This document shows positions 12,499 through 25,574 of a stretch of 64,000 nucleotides of DNA, piece after piece (the first letter of the stretch is position 1; each line of letters starts with the position of its first letter). The position numbers were made by a program, and so were the translations under genes. Under the pieces are notes generated by a model, which saw nothing but the letters and a program-made list of their open reading frames with translations, searched no databases and was not told the origin of the DNA. The DNA is from Octopus vulgaris (lineage: Eukaryota), in contig OX597838.1 in NCBI GenBank assembly GCA_951406725.2, forward strand, positions 5,022,001-5,086,000, read 5' to 3'.

Positions 12499-13642
12499 TA
12501 TATTTACACACACACACACACACACATACACACACACACACACACACACATGAATGAAACAGACAAAGGAATTAAAGAATGTCTACATAGTAATGTACGA
12601 CGGAGTGGTCACAGTTCCAGAGATCACTGTCACGGCTTGAACTACTGATACTCCCGGATCTTCGAGCAACTCCATGAATCTTTCGGAAGATTCCTGCTTC
12701 GATCATTTGTATTCGTAATCATGGACTTTCGTTCGTTACCCAACATCCCTAGCCAAATGTGGCGACAGGCAGGAAAACCGTATTGACAATATTATTAAAA
12801 GGTACTTTGACTGGAAGACAAAGAAAAACTGATCGATCGCTAAATACTTAATTGGCTCAATAAACAAAAATAGTGCCATTAAAACTGTAATTAAAATTAA
12901 CAAGCTAGACTGAATAATCGCGAACTTAACCCGTGATTTACGTTCATTCATTGGACATCTCTATGTAGGTATAATATAAAATAAAACGGTGTGAAATACA
13001 TTGATATTGATTGGTCAGTTGAACAAGCGTTGTACCACTTTAAACAACTGTCACAAACAGCTGTAAAACACATTCAGATACAGAATTTCAAAAGAGTAAA
13101 CAAAGAAGCGGAAATCATGAGCTGCCATGAAAATAATTTCTACTTCGCGGAATTATAATGGCGAGATGAAGCCAGACCGATCTACTTGAAGTATAAAACA
13201 TAGGCGCACTTGTAACACTAATCGTCAGCGCTTCGGCAGTAATGATTTTATTCAAAATAAAAATAAAGTATGAAACCGAAAAAAAAAAAAAGAAAAAGAA
13301 AAAAGAAAAGAATAAAAAAACAAGCAACAAAGGAAACAGAAAAATTCTTTCATTGTAATTCAATCGGTATTTGAAGAAGGAGTCTGAAGGAAGCACTGGC
13401 TACAACGGAGTGACAGTCAGCTTTCAAGAATAAAAGTCTCTCAAGTGTGTGAGTGTGTGTGTGTTACATTTATGTGGGTGTATGTGCATGTTCATATGTG
13501 TGATGGTATGTATGTGTATGCTAACAGGACTCCAAAGTAAACCAATGTAAAATTATGCGCGCAATATGTGTTGTTGCCGTTTATTAATTCTCTCCTCTTC
13601 CTCCTCCTTCTCCTCCTCCTTCGGATTATTATCATTGTCCTT

Positions 13643-14056
13643 TAAGGCAGAGAGCTGGCAGAAACGTTAGCACGCCGGGCGAAATGCTTAGCTGTATTTC
13701 GTCTGCCCATTACGTTCTGAGTTCAATTTCTGTCGAAGTCGACTTTGCCTTTCATCTTTTCGGGGTCGATAAATTAAGTACCAGTTACGCACTGCGGTCG
13801 ATATAATCGACTTAATCCGTGTGTCTGTCCTTGTTTGTCCTCTCTGTGTTTAGCCCCTTGTGGGTAGTAAAGAAATAGGTATTTCGTCTATGTTTACATT
13901 CTGAGTTCAAATTCCGCCGAGGCGAGCTGGCAGAAACCTTTCATCCATTTCGGGTCGATAAATTAAGTACCAGTTGCATACTGAGGTAGATCTAATCGAC
14001 TGCCTCCCCTCCCTCCAAAAAAAAATTCGGGCCTTGTTCCTAGTGGAGAAAACATT
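13643..14056 (+). mobile_element. SINE family A dimer with two different tails
   Basis: Head aaggcagagagctggcagaa; unit 1 ends aaagaaataggtatt|tcgtc; unit 2 ends gggccttgttcctagtggagaaa(att)n. Confidence 0.85.
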
Positions 14057-14593
14057 ATTATTATTGTTATTATTATTAAGGCGACAATCAGGCAGATTTG
14101 TTAGCACTCCGTACAAAATGTAGAGTGGCATTTCGTCCGTCCTCACTTTCTGAGCTCAAATTCCATGATGACGATGACGATGACCACCGCTGCCACCTCC
14201 ACCACAAACACTGTCAACTCTACCACGAATAGCAGCGGTTTAATTTCAGTCGCTGGCTAGCTTGATAAAGCCTGTCTACGATGAATGGCGCTTCAGTCGT
14301 GACAATACCTCATTTTGAATAACTAGGATTATATTTGGCATCATTTCCTTCTTATTGTAAGCTCTTAAATTTTAGGTTGTGCAGGTGGTTGCTATTTCTA
14401 GCATTTAGCTATTTCTAGCGTAAAACGCCTTCATCGGTTTGAGTGCCCACCCTCACCTCACGCTCGTGTGGGCGTGTGTGGGCCTGTATGTGTCTGTGTA
14501 CGTGGGTGTGTACGTATGTGTGTATGTGTGCGAGCGTGGGGGGAAGGGGCAAATCAAATGATATTTATGCGACGCTTCTTTCTGCGGGTGTTA

Positions 14594-14756
14594 GGGCGGG
14601 GCATTTAGTAGATGCGGTCCCTAAATCCACTAGGTGCCGCGTTGTAGTAGGGGGATGCTGCATTAAATATCTCTTGGCTAAAGGAAAGATGATCCTTTGG
14701 CTGACATATTTACCTATGTGATTCCCAGTTGGCTTGCGGCTGTGTATGCGCATGCG
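14594..14756. promoter_or_regulatory. Promoter-like motif cluster (GC box, CTCF-like, NRF1-like)
   Basis: GGGCGGGG at 14594, CCACTAGGTGCCGC at 14627 and TGCGCATGCG at 14747, in locally GC/CpG-richer DNA. Confidence 0.3.
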
Positions 14757-14767
14757 TAAATCACTGA

Positions 14768-14824
<57 letters not shown>

Positions 14825-15211
14825 CTTGTGCATACGAGGGTGCATTCTTATTCTTTTACTTGTGTCAATCATTTTGACTGCGGCCATGCTGGATCATTGC
14901 CCTTTTACTCGAAAAAATCGACCCCAGAACATATGTCTTTGTAAGCCTAGTACTTATTCTGTCGGTCTGTTGTGCCGAACCGCAAAGCGTCGTGTGGGTA
15001 AACACACCAGTATCGGTTGTCAAGCGATGATGGTGGGGGTGGGGGCAAATACAGACTCACATATACAGGTTTTGCGTTTCGGCACAATAGACCCATAGAA
15101 TAAGTACTAGGCTTACAAAGATATATGTTCTGGGGTCGGTTTATTCGAACTAAAAGGTAATGATCCTGCGTAGCCGCAGTCAAAATTATTGAAACAAGTT
15201 AAAGAATAAGG

Positions 15212-15259
<48 letters not shown>

Positions 15260-15327
15260 ACACACTCAGTGACGTACGCATGCGCATACACAGACACATA
15301 CCAACTGGCAATCATATAGGTAAATAT
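14706..15327. repeat. Inverted duplication (arms about 14706-14986 and 15071-15327) containing the SINE-C 3' half
   Basis: Unique flank, (GT)n tract and SINE tail are all mirrored. Confidence 0.9.
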
Positions 15328-15404
15328 TGAGAATACTTCTGAGCATGTACGATGAAAGCTACGTGGATTTTTGTGTATACATGCGTCTACGTATGTGTGT
15401 GTGT

Positions 15405-15445
<41 letters not shown>

Positions 15446-15867
15446 TGTGTGTGTGTGTATGTATTGTATAGGTGTGCATGTGTTCGGCTCTATAGGTGTA
15501 TGTCTCCGCAAATCTAACAACGAGTTTTTTTTTTTTTTTTTCATTGCTTGCCTGTGACGAAAGCAATAGCTAGACTAATTAGAAACTAACCAATTAGTAT
15601 TAATGAATTCCTTTTCTTGTTTCAATGATACATCTGTAGGAGGATGGGATGATGAGAAATAGGAAGGGGGTAGTGTACTGATTGGTATTGCTGTTGTAAA
15701 TAACTACTGGTGGTGATACTACGAAGTTAAGGTGGTAATTAACGGAAAAGGTTTGTGGATTGGAAACACGAGAGGAGAGCGAGTTTCAGGTGATAGAAAG
15801 AGAAAAAGAGTAGCAACGGAAGAAAGCGATTTTTTGTATGACATCGAGTTCACCCAGCACTTATTAT

Positions 15868-16421
15868 ATACCTATTTCTTTATTACCCACAAAGGGCTAA
15901 ACACAGAGAGGACAAACAAGAACAGACAAACGGATTAAGTCGATTATATCGACCCCAGTGCGTAACTGGTACTTATTTAATCGACCCTGAAAGGATGAAA
16001 GGCAAAGTCGACCTGGACGGAATTTGAACTCAGAGCGTAGCGGCAGAGGAAATACCCATTTCTTTACTACCCACAAGGGGCTAAACACAGAGAGGACAAA
16101 CAAGGACAGACAAAGGGATTAAGTCGATTATATCGACTCCAGTGCGTAACTGGTACTTATTTAATCGACCTCGAAAGGATGAAATGCAAAGTCGACCTCG
16201 ACGGAATCTGAACTCAGAGCGTAGCGGCAGACGAAATACCTATTTCTTTATTATCCACAAGGGGCTAAACACAGAGGGGACAAACAAGGACAGACACACG
16301 GATTAAGTCGATTATATCGACTCCAGTGCGTAACTGGTACTTATTTAAACGACCCCGAAAGGATGAAATGCAAAGTCGACCTCGACGGAATTTGAACTCA
16401 GAGCGTAGCGGCAGACGAAAT
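15868..16421 (-). mobile_element. SINE family A headless trimer, 184-bp period
   Basis: The tttcttta landmark recurs at 15875, 16059 and 16243. Confidence 0.92.
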
Positions 16422-17333
16422 AATAAAAGACTGAAACAAATAAAAGAATAAAATAGTACGGTTTGTTCAGTCAGATGCTGAGAAACCGACTTTCACGGAC
16501 CAAGAGACTGCTATAAAAAAAAGAGGATTAAATCGTTAAAATGACGTCAGCCATTGAAAATAAATTGCAAGAGACGCCATTGTTTGGTGACAAGTAGAAA
16601 GTATAGCACAGTTATTGCACTTGTTGAGGAATGATTATCGATGGTATTAACTGGTACACAACTTCTGAAATGATCTCTTATTATATTTATTCCAACTGAG
16701 ACAACTACGCCTTCATTTGTTTGTTCAGGATAATTATCTGTAAAAGTACATTACTTTGTAAACGTAAACGATGCTAGAAGATTCTTTCTGTGGTCTTTTT
16801 TGTTGCTACTTCAAACCCAAAGCACATGAAGAACAGAGGAAAGACTCAATGAGGGAATATCCAGCTATGCAATAAAACACACAAAACACAAAGCTAATTT
16901 TTGCGTGTTTATTGATCTTCGCCAATTTTTCTAACAGGGTTGGGGGAAAAAAATGAATGAACCTGAAGATTTCCAATTTGCATGTATTTACAAGAATATA
17001 CTTGAAATTCATCGAAATTTATTTATTCCAAAAGTCTTTTATAGAAAATCAAATTGAATTCTTGGTAAACGAACAGTGTTCCTTAATATCAAACATCTTA
17101 TGCAGTAGTGTATCTTGGTTTCCATTAAAAAGTCAGTAAAAGTGAAGAGAGAGAAAGAGAGGAAGAGAGAGAGAGAGACAGAAAGAGATAGATAGAGAGA
17201 GGGAGGGCGTTTGTTTTGTTAAAAAAAGATCAGTGGAACATTACAAGACTTGATGCTGACATTTTAGTATTTCAGAAAAGAAAATACACCGCCAGGTACA
17301 AAAAAGCAGAAGTAGGCCAGGAAATTAAAATAG

Positions 17334-17603
<270 letters not shown>

Positions 17604-17959
17604 ATATGGATATATACATATACCATATTCTCTATATGCATAAACACACACAAGCACACACATACACAAACATGTGTATGTTTATATCTTATTTTCATTT
17701 GCGTGGTAGGAGAGCGTGTGAATAGGAGAGGCGCAGATAAACAAGAAGCTAATTCGTCAGACATATTGTATAGAAGACACGACTGTGTTCGGATAACATA
17801 GATTATTTTGTTTTTATCAAGATAACAGATGATTGTGGTCAGAAGAATTGAAAAAGATGAAGAACGTTCGGATGCATTTAACGCATGGATAGTGGCTTTG
17901 CTGGGTGGACGTGCTTAAATTCCCTGTTTGAAACAGGGAACAAACTGCCGGCATCGGTT

Positions 17960-18186
17960 GTTAGTTGTCGGAGCACTGCATCCTTAAAAACTTCCATGCT
18001 TCCTGAGATTCGCCAACACTACACTTGATTTTCTCCCCTCCATACACACACAAGCATGTATCTGACTCATACATTTTTCGCTTTCCAGACATTTCTACAT
18101 TACTGCATGTACTTTATATGCCCTTTCTGACAAGTTGTGGTGCAGCTGAGCACTGTATACAATAATTTCATTATTATTATTATTAA
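17960..18186 (+). mobile_element. Probable LINE 3' UTR fragment with (ATT)n tail
   Basis: Ends gagcactgtatacaataatttc(att)n; family not determined. Confidence 0.4.
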
Positions 18187-18390
18187 ACCTTAAAGACAGA
18201 GAACGCTTGTGTCACGTAGCCAACTGGAAACGATGTTTCCGCAGGCTAAATAGCAGTCGCATTCTTTCCTTTCCTGGGACTGCCACATTAAGTTGGCAAC
18301 AAACCACTTTATCGTGCTGCTACTGTAAAAGTCTCTCTCGGAGAAATTTAGAAATGCAATATTTCAAATTATATATACATATATATATAG

Positions 18391-18812
18391 TATTTCTTTA
18401 CTACCGACAAGAGGCTAAAGACAGAGGGGACAAACAAGGACAGACAAACGGATTAAGTCGATTACATCGACCCCAGTGCGTGACTGGTACTTAATCTATC
18501 AACCCCTAAAGGATGAAAGGCAAAGTCGACCTTGGCGGAATTGAACTCAGAACATAGCGGCAGACGAGATACCTATATCGATTTCTTTACTACCCACAGG
18601 GGGGCTAAAGACAGAGGGACAAACAAGGAAAGGACAAATGGATTAAGTCGATTATATCGACCCCAGTGCGTAACTGCTACTTAATTTATCGATCCCGAAA
18701 GGATGAAAAGCAAAGTCGACATCGGCGGAATTTGAACTCATAACGTAACGGCAGACGAAATACGGCTACGCATTTCGCCCGGCGTACTAACGTTTCTGCC
18801 AGCTCGCCGCCT
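18391..18812 (-). mobile_element. SINE family A dimer with head
   Basis: Two bodies plus the head ...ctgccagctcgccgcctt. Confidence 0.92.
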
Positions 18813-19590
18813 TATATATTATATAATTATATACATATATACATATGTTCACTGAGTGTTTAAATGCAACCTACTTTATTGTGTTGAATCAAAGGTTTTG
18901 CAATATTTTCAATAACGTATTTTCTTTATTCGTCCCATTACAACCAAAGCTGCCTAACATTAAATATATTGACGCCATTGTGTTTCACCGCCAGAAGATT
19001 CTTTTCTGCCAGTTCTTTCGTCTGTTCGAGACTATAGTAGAAGACACTTGCCTAATGTGCCAGGGAATGGGACTGAACCCACTACCACGTGGCTGGGAAG
19101 TAAACCGCTAACCACACAGCCACACCTGCTTATGTGACTAGGTTTTTTTCGGCCACAAAAGAAATCTGATAAACACCCTGCGAGAGAAGGGATTTCTTAT
19201 AAATTTTGTTATTCAGAGAATATACGCTTGGCATTCGTCAATATATACTTTCTCCTATATTCCGGAATGGATATTTTCCTTCGTTCTTTGAGTCTTTCAC
19301 ACCAAACGTCCTAATCTAATAAGAAACCTGACGATATTCACAGAAATTTCTTATTCTAGTGGTGTAAAATGTAACTGTTTATTTCGGCGAGAATAGATTT
19401 GGTGTAAATATAACAGGAGAAGAAATTAGAAGGACAACGATTGACAATCGAGGAACACGAAGTGTAGAGAGCGGGAAAAGCGAGCAGCAGCTGGAGAAGA
19501 AAGCGAAACTGACATCGTTTGAAATCTTCAAACTAACACTTATTTATAAAAATGTTTCTATCTATCTATCTATCTATCTATCTATCAATA

Positions 19591-19659
<69 letters not shown>

Positions 19660-19676
19660 CTGTCTCTCTCTCTCTC

Positions 19677-19755
<79 letters not shown>

Positions 19756-20110
19756 GAAGCAATTACGAAGAATACAAGACTGGTACGTTTTCGAATTTTT
19801 TTTTCTTTAATCTAACAGTTAATTATACAGCATAATTAGTTAGTTAAACAAACTAATTATGATTCTATAATTAACCGTTAAATAAAAAGAAAAATTTTAA
19901 GATGTGCCGCTCTCTGTATTCTTAGTAATTATTTAGGATTTACACTCTTGAAAATACTCAGAACACAGCGAAGCGAACACGGATTCCTCCATTAGGAAAC
20001 TTACTGTGGGATCGAACTCCCGAACCGATATTTGGTGCTTCTTATTACTTGATGTCGTTATCCGGATCCTGGACGTTATCCGTCTGCGATAATTTATTCC
20101 AATATGTTCA

Positions 20111-20202
<92 letters not shown>

Positions 20203-20345
20203 ATTGCAAAACACAGATTTGTTTAACACGATTTAAGAGTATATTAGAGCCATGATAATAAAGATATGAAATTTTGTACAAAATGAAGTTTTGTACTTTC
20301 AACATAATTGAAGAAAGATCTCTTTGACCTCTCAGTTTGATGAGC

Positions 20346-20743
20346 AAGGGGCTAAACTTAGAGAGGACAAACAAGGACAGACAAATGGATTAAGTCGATT
20401 ACATCCACCTCAGTGCGTAACTGGTACTTTTTTTATAGACCCCAAAAGGATAAAAGGCACAGTCGACCTTGGCGGAATTTTATCTCAGAACGTAACGGCA
20501 GACGAAATACCTATTTCTTTACTACCCACAAGGGACTAAACACAGAGAGGACAAACAAGGACAGACAAACGGATTAAGTCGATTACATCGACTCCAGTGC
20601 GTAACTGGTTCTTAATTTATCGACCCCGAAAAGATGAAAGGCAAAGTCGACCTCGGCGGAATTTGAACTCAGAACGTAACGACAGACGAAATAAAGCTAC
20701 GCATTTCGCCCGGCGTGCTAACGTTTCTGCCAGCTCACTGCCT
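20346..20743 (-). mobile_element. SINE family A dimer with head
   Basis: Two bodies joined at gacgaaatacctatttc. Confidence 0.92.
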
Positions 20744-21750
20744 TTTTGTTTTTTCGCTCAGAGGCAGCCTGACACCCTCGCTCTATCGAGCGAGCGCGCA
20801 AAACATTGCTCTGACCCCGCGGTTCCTCTCGTCCTGGACGGAAAGTAAACCTCTTACCACACACCAACTCCTGCACCTATTTTCAAATGAATAATTACAT
20901 TATTGACCTTCCCGCTTGTATTTCCGATCAGAACCAATCAGTCCTGTGTGCCAGAGACCAAGGGTCAAATTCATTCTCTCCATAACCATCAGTTCGGTCA
21001 TACTTCCTCGTTATTTGAAAATATCAAAGTTTGACGCGACTTAAATTTTTTGCTGCTATTTCTAGGATATCAAATGACCAAGGTGAAGCCGCCTCGTTAG
21101 CTTGCGTTAATTACGCAGTATTTATGGCTGATGCGATTGTAAAACTCTTAGAGTTACAAACACATTGAAATGGAGCTAAATCAGGAAGCGTAGCAAAACA
21201 AAGAATGGCGGTGCTACCGGTAAAACGAGTTTTGTTGCTTTCTTGTCGGTTGAGCAAGAGTTCCCGGAGTTGTTAATGGAATTCTCATTCAAGACCGGTT
21301 AGAAACGGTTAAAAAAAAAATGGGTGAATTGTGATTGTGTTTAAGGGGTATTGTGAGACCAGAACTAATTGAGGAAAATTTAATTAAAAGCTATAAAAAG
21401 TTAGGATAACATTATGTGGTTATTATACATATATGCTATTTTTATATTACGGACAAACACAAGGGTGTATGCATGGATGTATGTATGTATGTATGTATGT
21501 ATGTATGTATGTATGTATGTATGTATGTATGTATGTATGTATGGACATACGTATCAATATATGTATGTACATATTTATATGTGTGTGTATAAGTGCGTAT
21601 ATGTATATATATATATATAAATATATATGTATGTGTGTGTTTGTGAGTGTGTATATATATATACACACATATATATATATATTTATACACATATGTATAC
21701 ATATGTATACATATGCAGACAAATATGTACATGTTTATACGTATATTTAT

Positions 21751-21788
<38 letters not shown>

Positions 21789-21881
21789 GCATGCATAAAT
21801 ACATGCTAACATATATGCATATATATACATATAAATATATATATATATATACACATATACATAAATATATAAATATTTGTG

Positions 21882-21918
<37 letters not shown>

Positions 21919-22308
21919 AAGCATGCGTACACACATGAACATACACGCACACACAAAGATATACACATATCTTTATATAAGTGTGTGTGTGTTTGTGTGT
22001 GTGTGTATTTGTTGTTTGTCCTCGAATGATCAAGTATGGAGCGTATGTATAGGTGCATGTACATTATCACGTGGTCACATGCGCCTGGTTTCTATGGCTC
22101 TTTGTTCACAGATATCCACACAAATGCCTTTGTTCAAACCGTCACTTACTGAGCCAGCCAGTCAGCTCCTGTAATTCTTTAACCACAGGCAAGGAGAACT
22201 TTGATCACTCCCGAAAGAACACACCTATTTCCTTTTCTCCATCTTTTTATTTATTTCTCCTTCCCCCGCTCTCTATATCTATTTATCTCTCTCTATCTTT
22301 ATATATGT

Positions 22309-22361
<53 letters not shown>

Positions 22362-22440
22362 TTATATATATATGTATAATAAATAGTATATAATATATAT
22401 ATAAATATATACTCAAAATAAGCAACAAGAATGACTCCGG

Positions 22441-22533
22441 TAATTTGGTACGATCGTTTCGTACTACATCATTTTATTAAATGTAGTAAGTATTACAACA
22501 GTTTTGAAATACTGAGCGCTCATCAGTCAATTA
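22441..22533 (-). ncRNA. Type I hammerhead motif with branched helix II and palindromic loop III
   Basis: Minus strand: TAATTGA-CTGATGA-G-cgctc-[AGTATT/AATACT][TACTACAT/ATGTAGTA]-C-GAAA-C-GATC-GTA-CCAAATTA. Confidence 0.6.
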
Positions 22534-22724
22534 TAGAGGTTTTCCATTAATACAAAAATTTTCAAATCAAGTGGCAACATTATAAAGAAGGTATATATAT
22601 AGACACATATGTGGATTTAAATTTTAAGAACATTTGAGGTAGTGGATCCCATATAAATATATATAGAAGCATATACAGTAATATGAATATAAATACAAAT
22701 ATAAAAATATCAATATGAATATCT

Positions 22725-22946
22725 TTATCTTTATCTTTTTATCTTTTATCTTTTATCTTTTACTTGTTTCAGTCATTTGACTGCGGCCATGCTGGAGCAC
22801 CGCCTTTAGTCGAGCAAATCGACCCCGGGACTTATTCTTTGTAAGCCCAGTACTTATTCTATCGGTCTCTTTTGCCGAACCGCTAAGTGACGGGGACGTA
22901 AACACACCAGCATCGGTTGTCAAGCAATGCTAGGGGGACAAACACA

Positions 22947-22994
<48 letters not shown>

Positions 22995-23178
22995 CATATA
23001 TAAATATATACGACAGGCTTCTTTCAGTTTCCGTCTACCAAAACCACTCACAAGGCATTGGTCGGCCCGGGTACTATAGCAGAAGACACTTGCCCAAGAT
23101 GCCACGCAGTGGGACTGAACCCGGAGCCATGTGGTTGGTTAGCAAGCTACTTACCACACAGCCACTCCTGCGCCTATG
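22725..23178 (-). mobile_element. SINE family C, full length
   Basis: tRNA-like head, ttgggcaagtgtcttct core, internal microsatellite, (taaaaga)n tail. Confidence 0.93.
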
Positions 23179-23189
23179 TATATATATAT

Positions 23190-23468
23190 ATATCTTTAAC
23201 TGTAATATGTGTCATGGTCTTGCCTAGGGTGAGCCCACAACAATGTCATATTTTCTCCACTATTTTAGTATTACGTGTCAAAAGTGAAAGAACATTATGT
23301 GGCACGAATACAAGTTTTTTTAGGGTCTGTAAAGAGGGACATAACCCCCATATGCAATTTTGATGAAATTCGAAACATAAATATTCCAGTTCATTACAGA
23401 AAATATAACAGAAAAGTCTGATTCTTGAATTCAACATAACACGGGCAACGCCGGGTATCTCTGCTAGT
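23190..23468 (-). mobile_element. DINE-1/Helentron-like element fragment (left boundary uncertain)
   Basis: Minus strand starts ACTAGCAGAGATACCCGGCGTTGCCCGTG, like the element at 8624. Confidence 0.55.
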
Positions 23469-23473
23469 ATATA

Positions 23474-23653
23474 CTCTTTTACTCTTTTACTCTTTTACTC
23501 TTTTACTTGTTTCAGTCATTTTGACTGCGGCCATGCTGGAGCACCGCCTTTTAGTACTTATTCTATCGGTCTCTTTTTTGCCGAACCGCTAAGTGACGGG
23601 GACGTAAACACACCAGCATCGGTTGTCAAGCAATGCTAGGGGGACAAACACAG

Positions 23654-23690
<37 letters not shown>

Positions 23691-23863
23691 CATATATACG
23701 ACAGGCTTCTTTCAGTTTCCGTCTACCAAATCCACTCACAAGACATTGGTCGGCCCGGGGTTATAGCAGAAGACACTTGCCCAAGATGCCACGCAGTGGG
23801 ACTGAACCCGCAAACATGTGGTTGGTTAGCAAGCTACTTACCACACAGCCACTCCTGCGCCTA
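23474..23863 (-). mobile_element. SINE family C with internal deletion
   Basis: Near-identical to the copy at 22725; (gtaaaaga)n tail. Confidence 0.93.
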
Positions 23864-23928
23864 TATATACATATATACAAAACGATATGTACCTTTATCT
23901 ATCTACATGTATGTATGTTTATATATAT

Positions 23929-23971
<43 letters not shown>

Positions 23972-23991
23972 GCTTCAGGTGATTTCGCTCA

Positions 23992-24041
<50 letters not shown>

Positions 24042-24337
24042 GTATATATATATATATACACGTCTATAAATATTCGTATACACTCCTTGCTCTCCTCACT
24101 CTTCCTCTTTCCATCCTTCTATGCCCCTCCTTTCCTCCCTCCCTCCCCCTTACTCTATGTCTATCTATCTATTTTCTGCGTTATTGTATTTTCCCCAATA
24201 TCTTTTTCCCGTATAATTAGTACCGATTTAGTTTGACATGTTGAAGGGTGGCAACTCTCTGCATTATTTAGCAGTGTAATTAGAGGTTTAAACGCAAATC
24301 CCCATATTTAAATTAGCTGCAACAATCCTCGTTCTAT

Positions 24338-24493
<156 letters not shown>

Positions 24494-24522
24494 ACATGTA
24501 TATATATATATATATATATATG

Positions 24523-24556
<34 letters not shown>

Positions 24557-24643
24557 CCCACTTACATATAAGTATATATATATATATATACGTATATGTA
24601 AGTGGGTATATATATATATATGTATATGTATATGTATGTATAT

Positions 24644-24674
<31 letters not shown>

Positions 24675-24714
24675 TGTATGTATGTATGTATATATGTATA
24701 TGTATGTATGTATG

Positions 24715-24762
<48 letters not shown>

Positions 24763-25202
24763 ATATATATATATATGTGTATATATATATGCATGTATAT
24801 ATATTATATATATATGTATATATATATATATATAATTTGGGGTAAAACAGTACGTGAGAGTAGATATGCGTATGCGTATGTACGTGTGTATGGGTATGTA
24901 TGTGTGGGCATGTGTGTGTAAGTGTGTGCATGTGTCTGTGTATGTGTGTGTCTTTGTGTATGTGTGCATATGTGTGCATGTATGTGTGTGAATATGCGTT
25001 TATGTATGTGTGTATGTATTTGTGTTGATGATGCGGAAGAATGGACGCTAACGATTTGAAGTATATGAAGAAAGCGAAGGAGCATTGAAAATAAGTTTCT
25101 GGTGCATGAGGTGTAGATATCTGCGTGTGTATTCGTATGCTTGTGTGTGTGTGTGTATATGTGTGCGTGCGAAAAAAATATATACATATATATGATGCCA
25201 TG

Positions 25203-25538
25203 TGGAGGCGCAATGGCCCAGTGGTTAGGGCAGCGGACTCGCGGTCGTAGGATCGCGGTATCGATTCTCAGACCGGGCGTTGTGAGTGTTTATTGAGCGA
25301 AAACACCTAAAGCCCCACAAGGCTCCAGCAGGGGGTAGTGGCGATCCCTGCTGTACTCTTTCGCCGCAACTTTCTCTCAGTCTTTCTTCTGTTGGCCTGC
25401 TCGCTTAGCCAGCGGGGGGTGGCGTCATTTGAAGGCTAAAACATTGCGAAGCGCATTGTGACCAGCGATGTGTAGCAACATCTGATAGCCTGGTCGGTCA
25501 CGTGATCACGTGATCACGTGATCACGTGATCACGTGAT
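25203..25538 (+). mobile_element. SINE family B, tail type 1 with (CACGTGAT)n end
   Basis: tRNA-like head TGGCCCAGTGGTTAGGGCAGCGGACTCGCGGTC...TCGATTC; five CACGTGAT units. Confidence 0.92.
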
Positions 25539-25574
25539 GTGATGGCATAACCATAGACCTATTGCAGGTAGATT

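Noticed and set aside
12665-12678. 14-nt match to miR-281 (TCATGGAGTTGCTC on the minus strand)
   Set aside because: Seed position 2 and the 3' end mismatch, and no miR-281 star arm is present.
15868-16421. CRISPR-like or satellite interpretation of the regular repeats
   Set aside because: There are no unique spacers; the units are whole SINE bodies in a eukaryotic genome.
16613-16626. TATTGCACTTGT resembling miR-92
   Set aside because: The match stops after 12 nt and the potential hairpin pairs poorly.
17920-17940. Perfect palindrome TTCCCTGTTT-G-AAACAGGGAA as a terminator
   Set aside because: Eukaryotic context, one-base spacer, and no supporting evidence of function.
25213-25275. Functional tRNA gene
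   Set aside because: It is the SINE-B head, continuous with the SINE body and lacking a proper acceptor stem.
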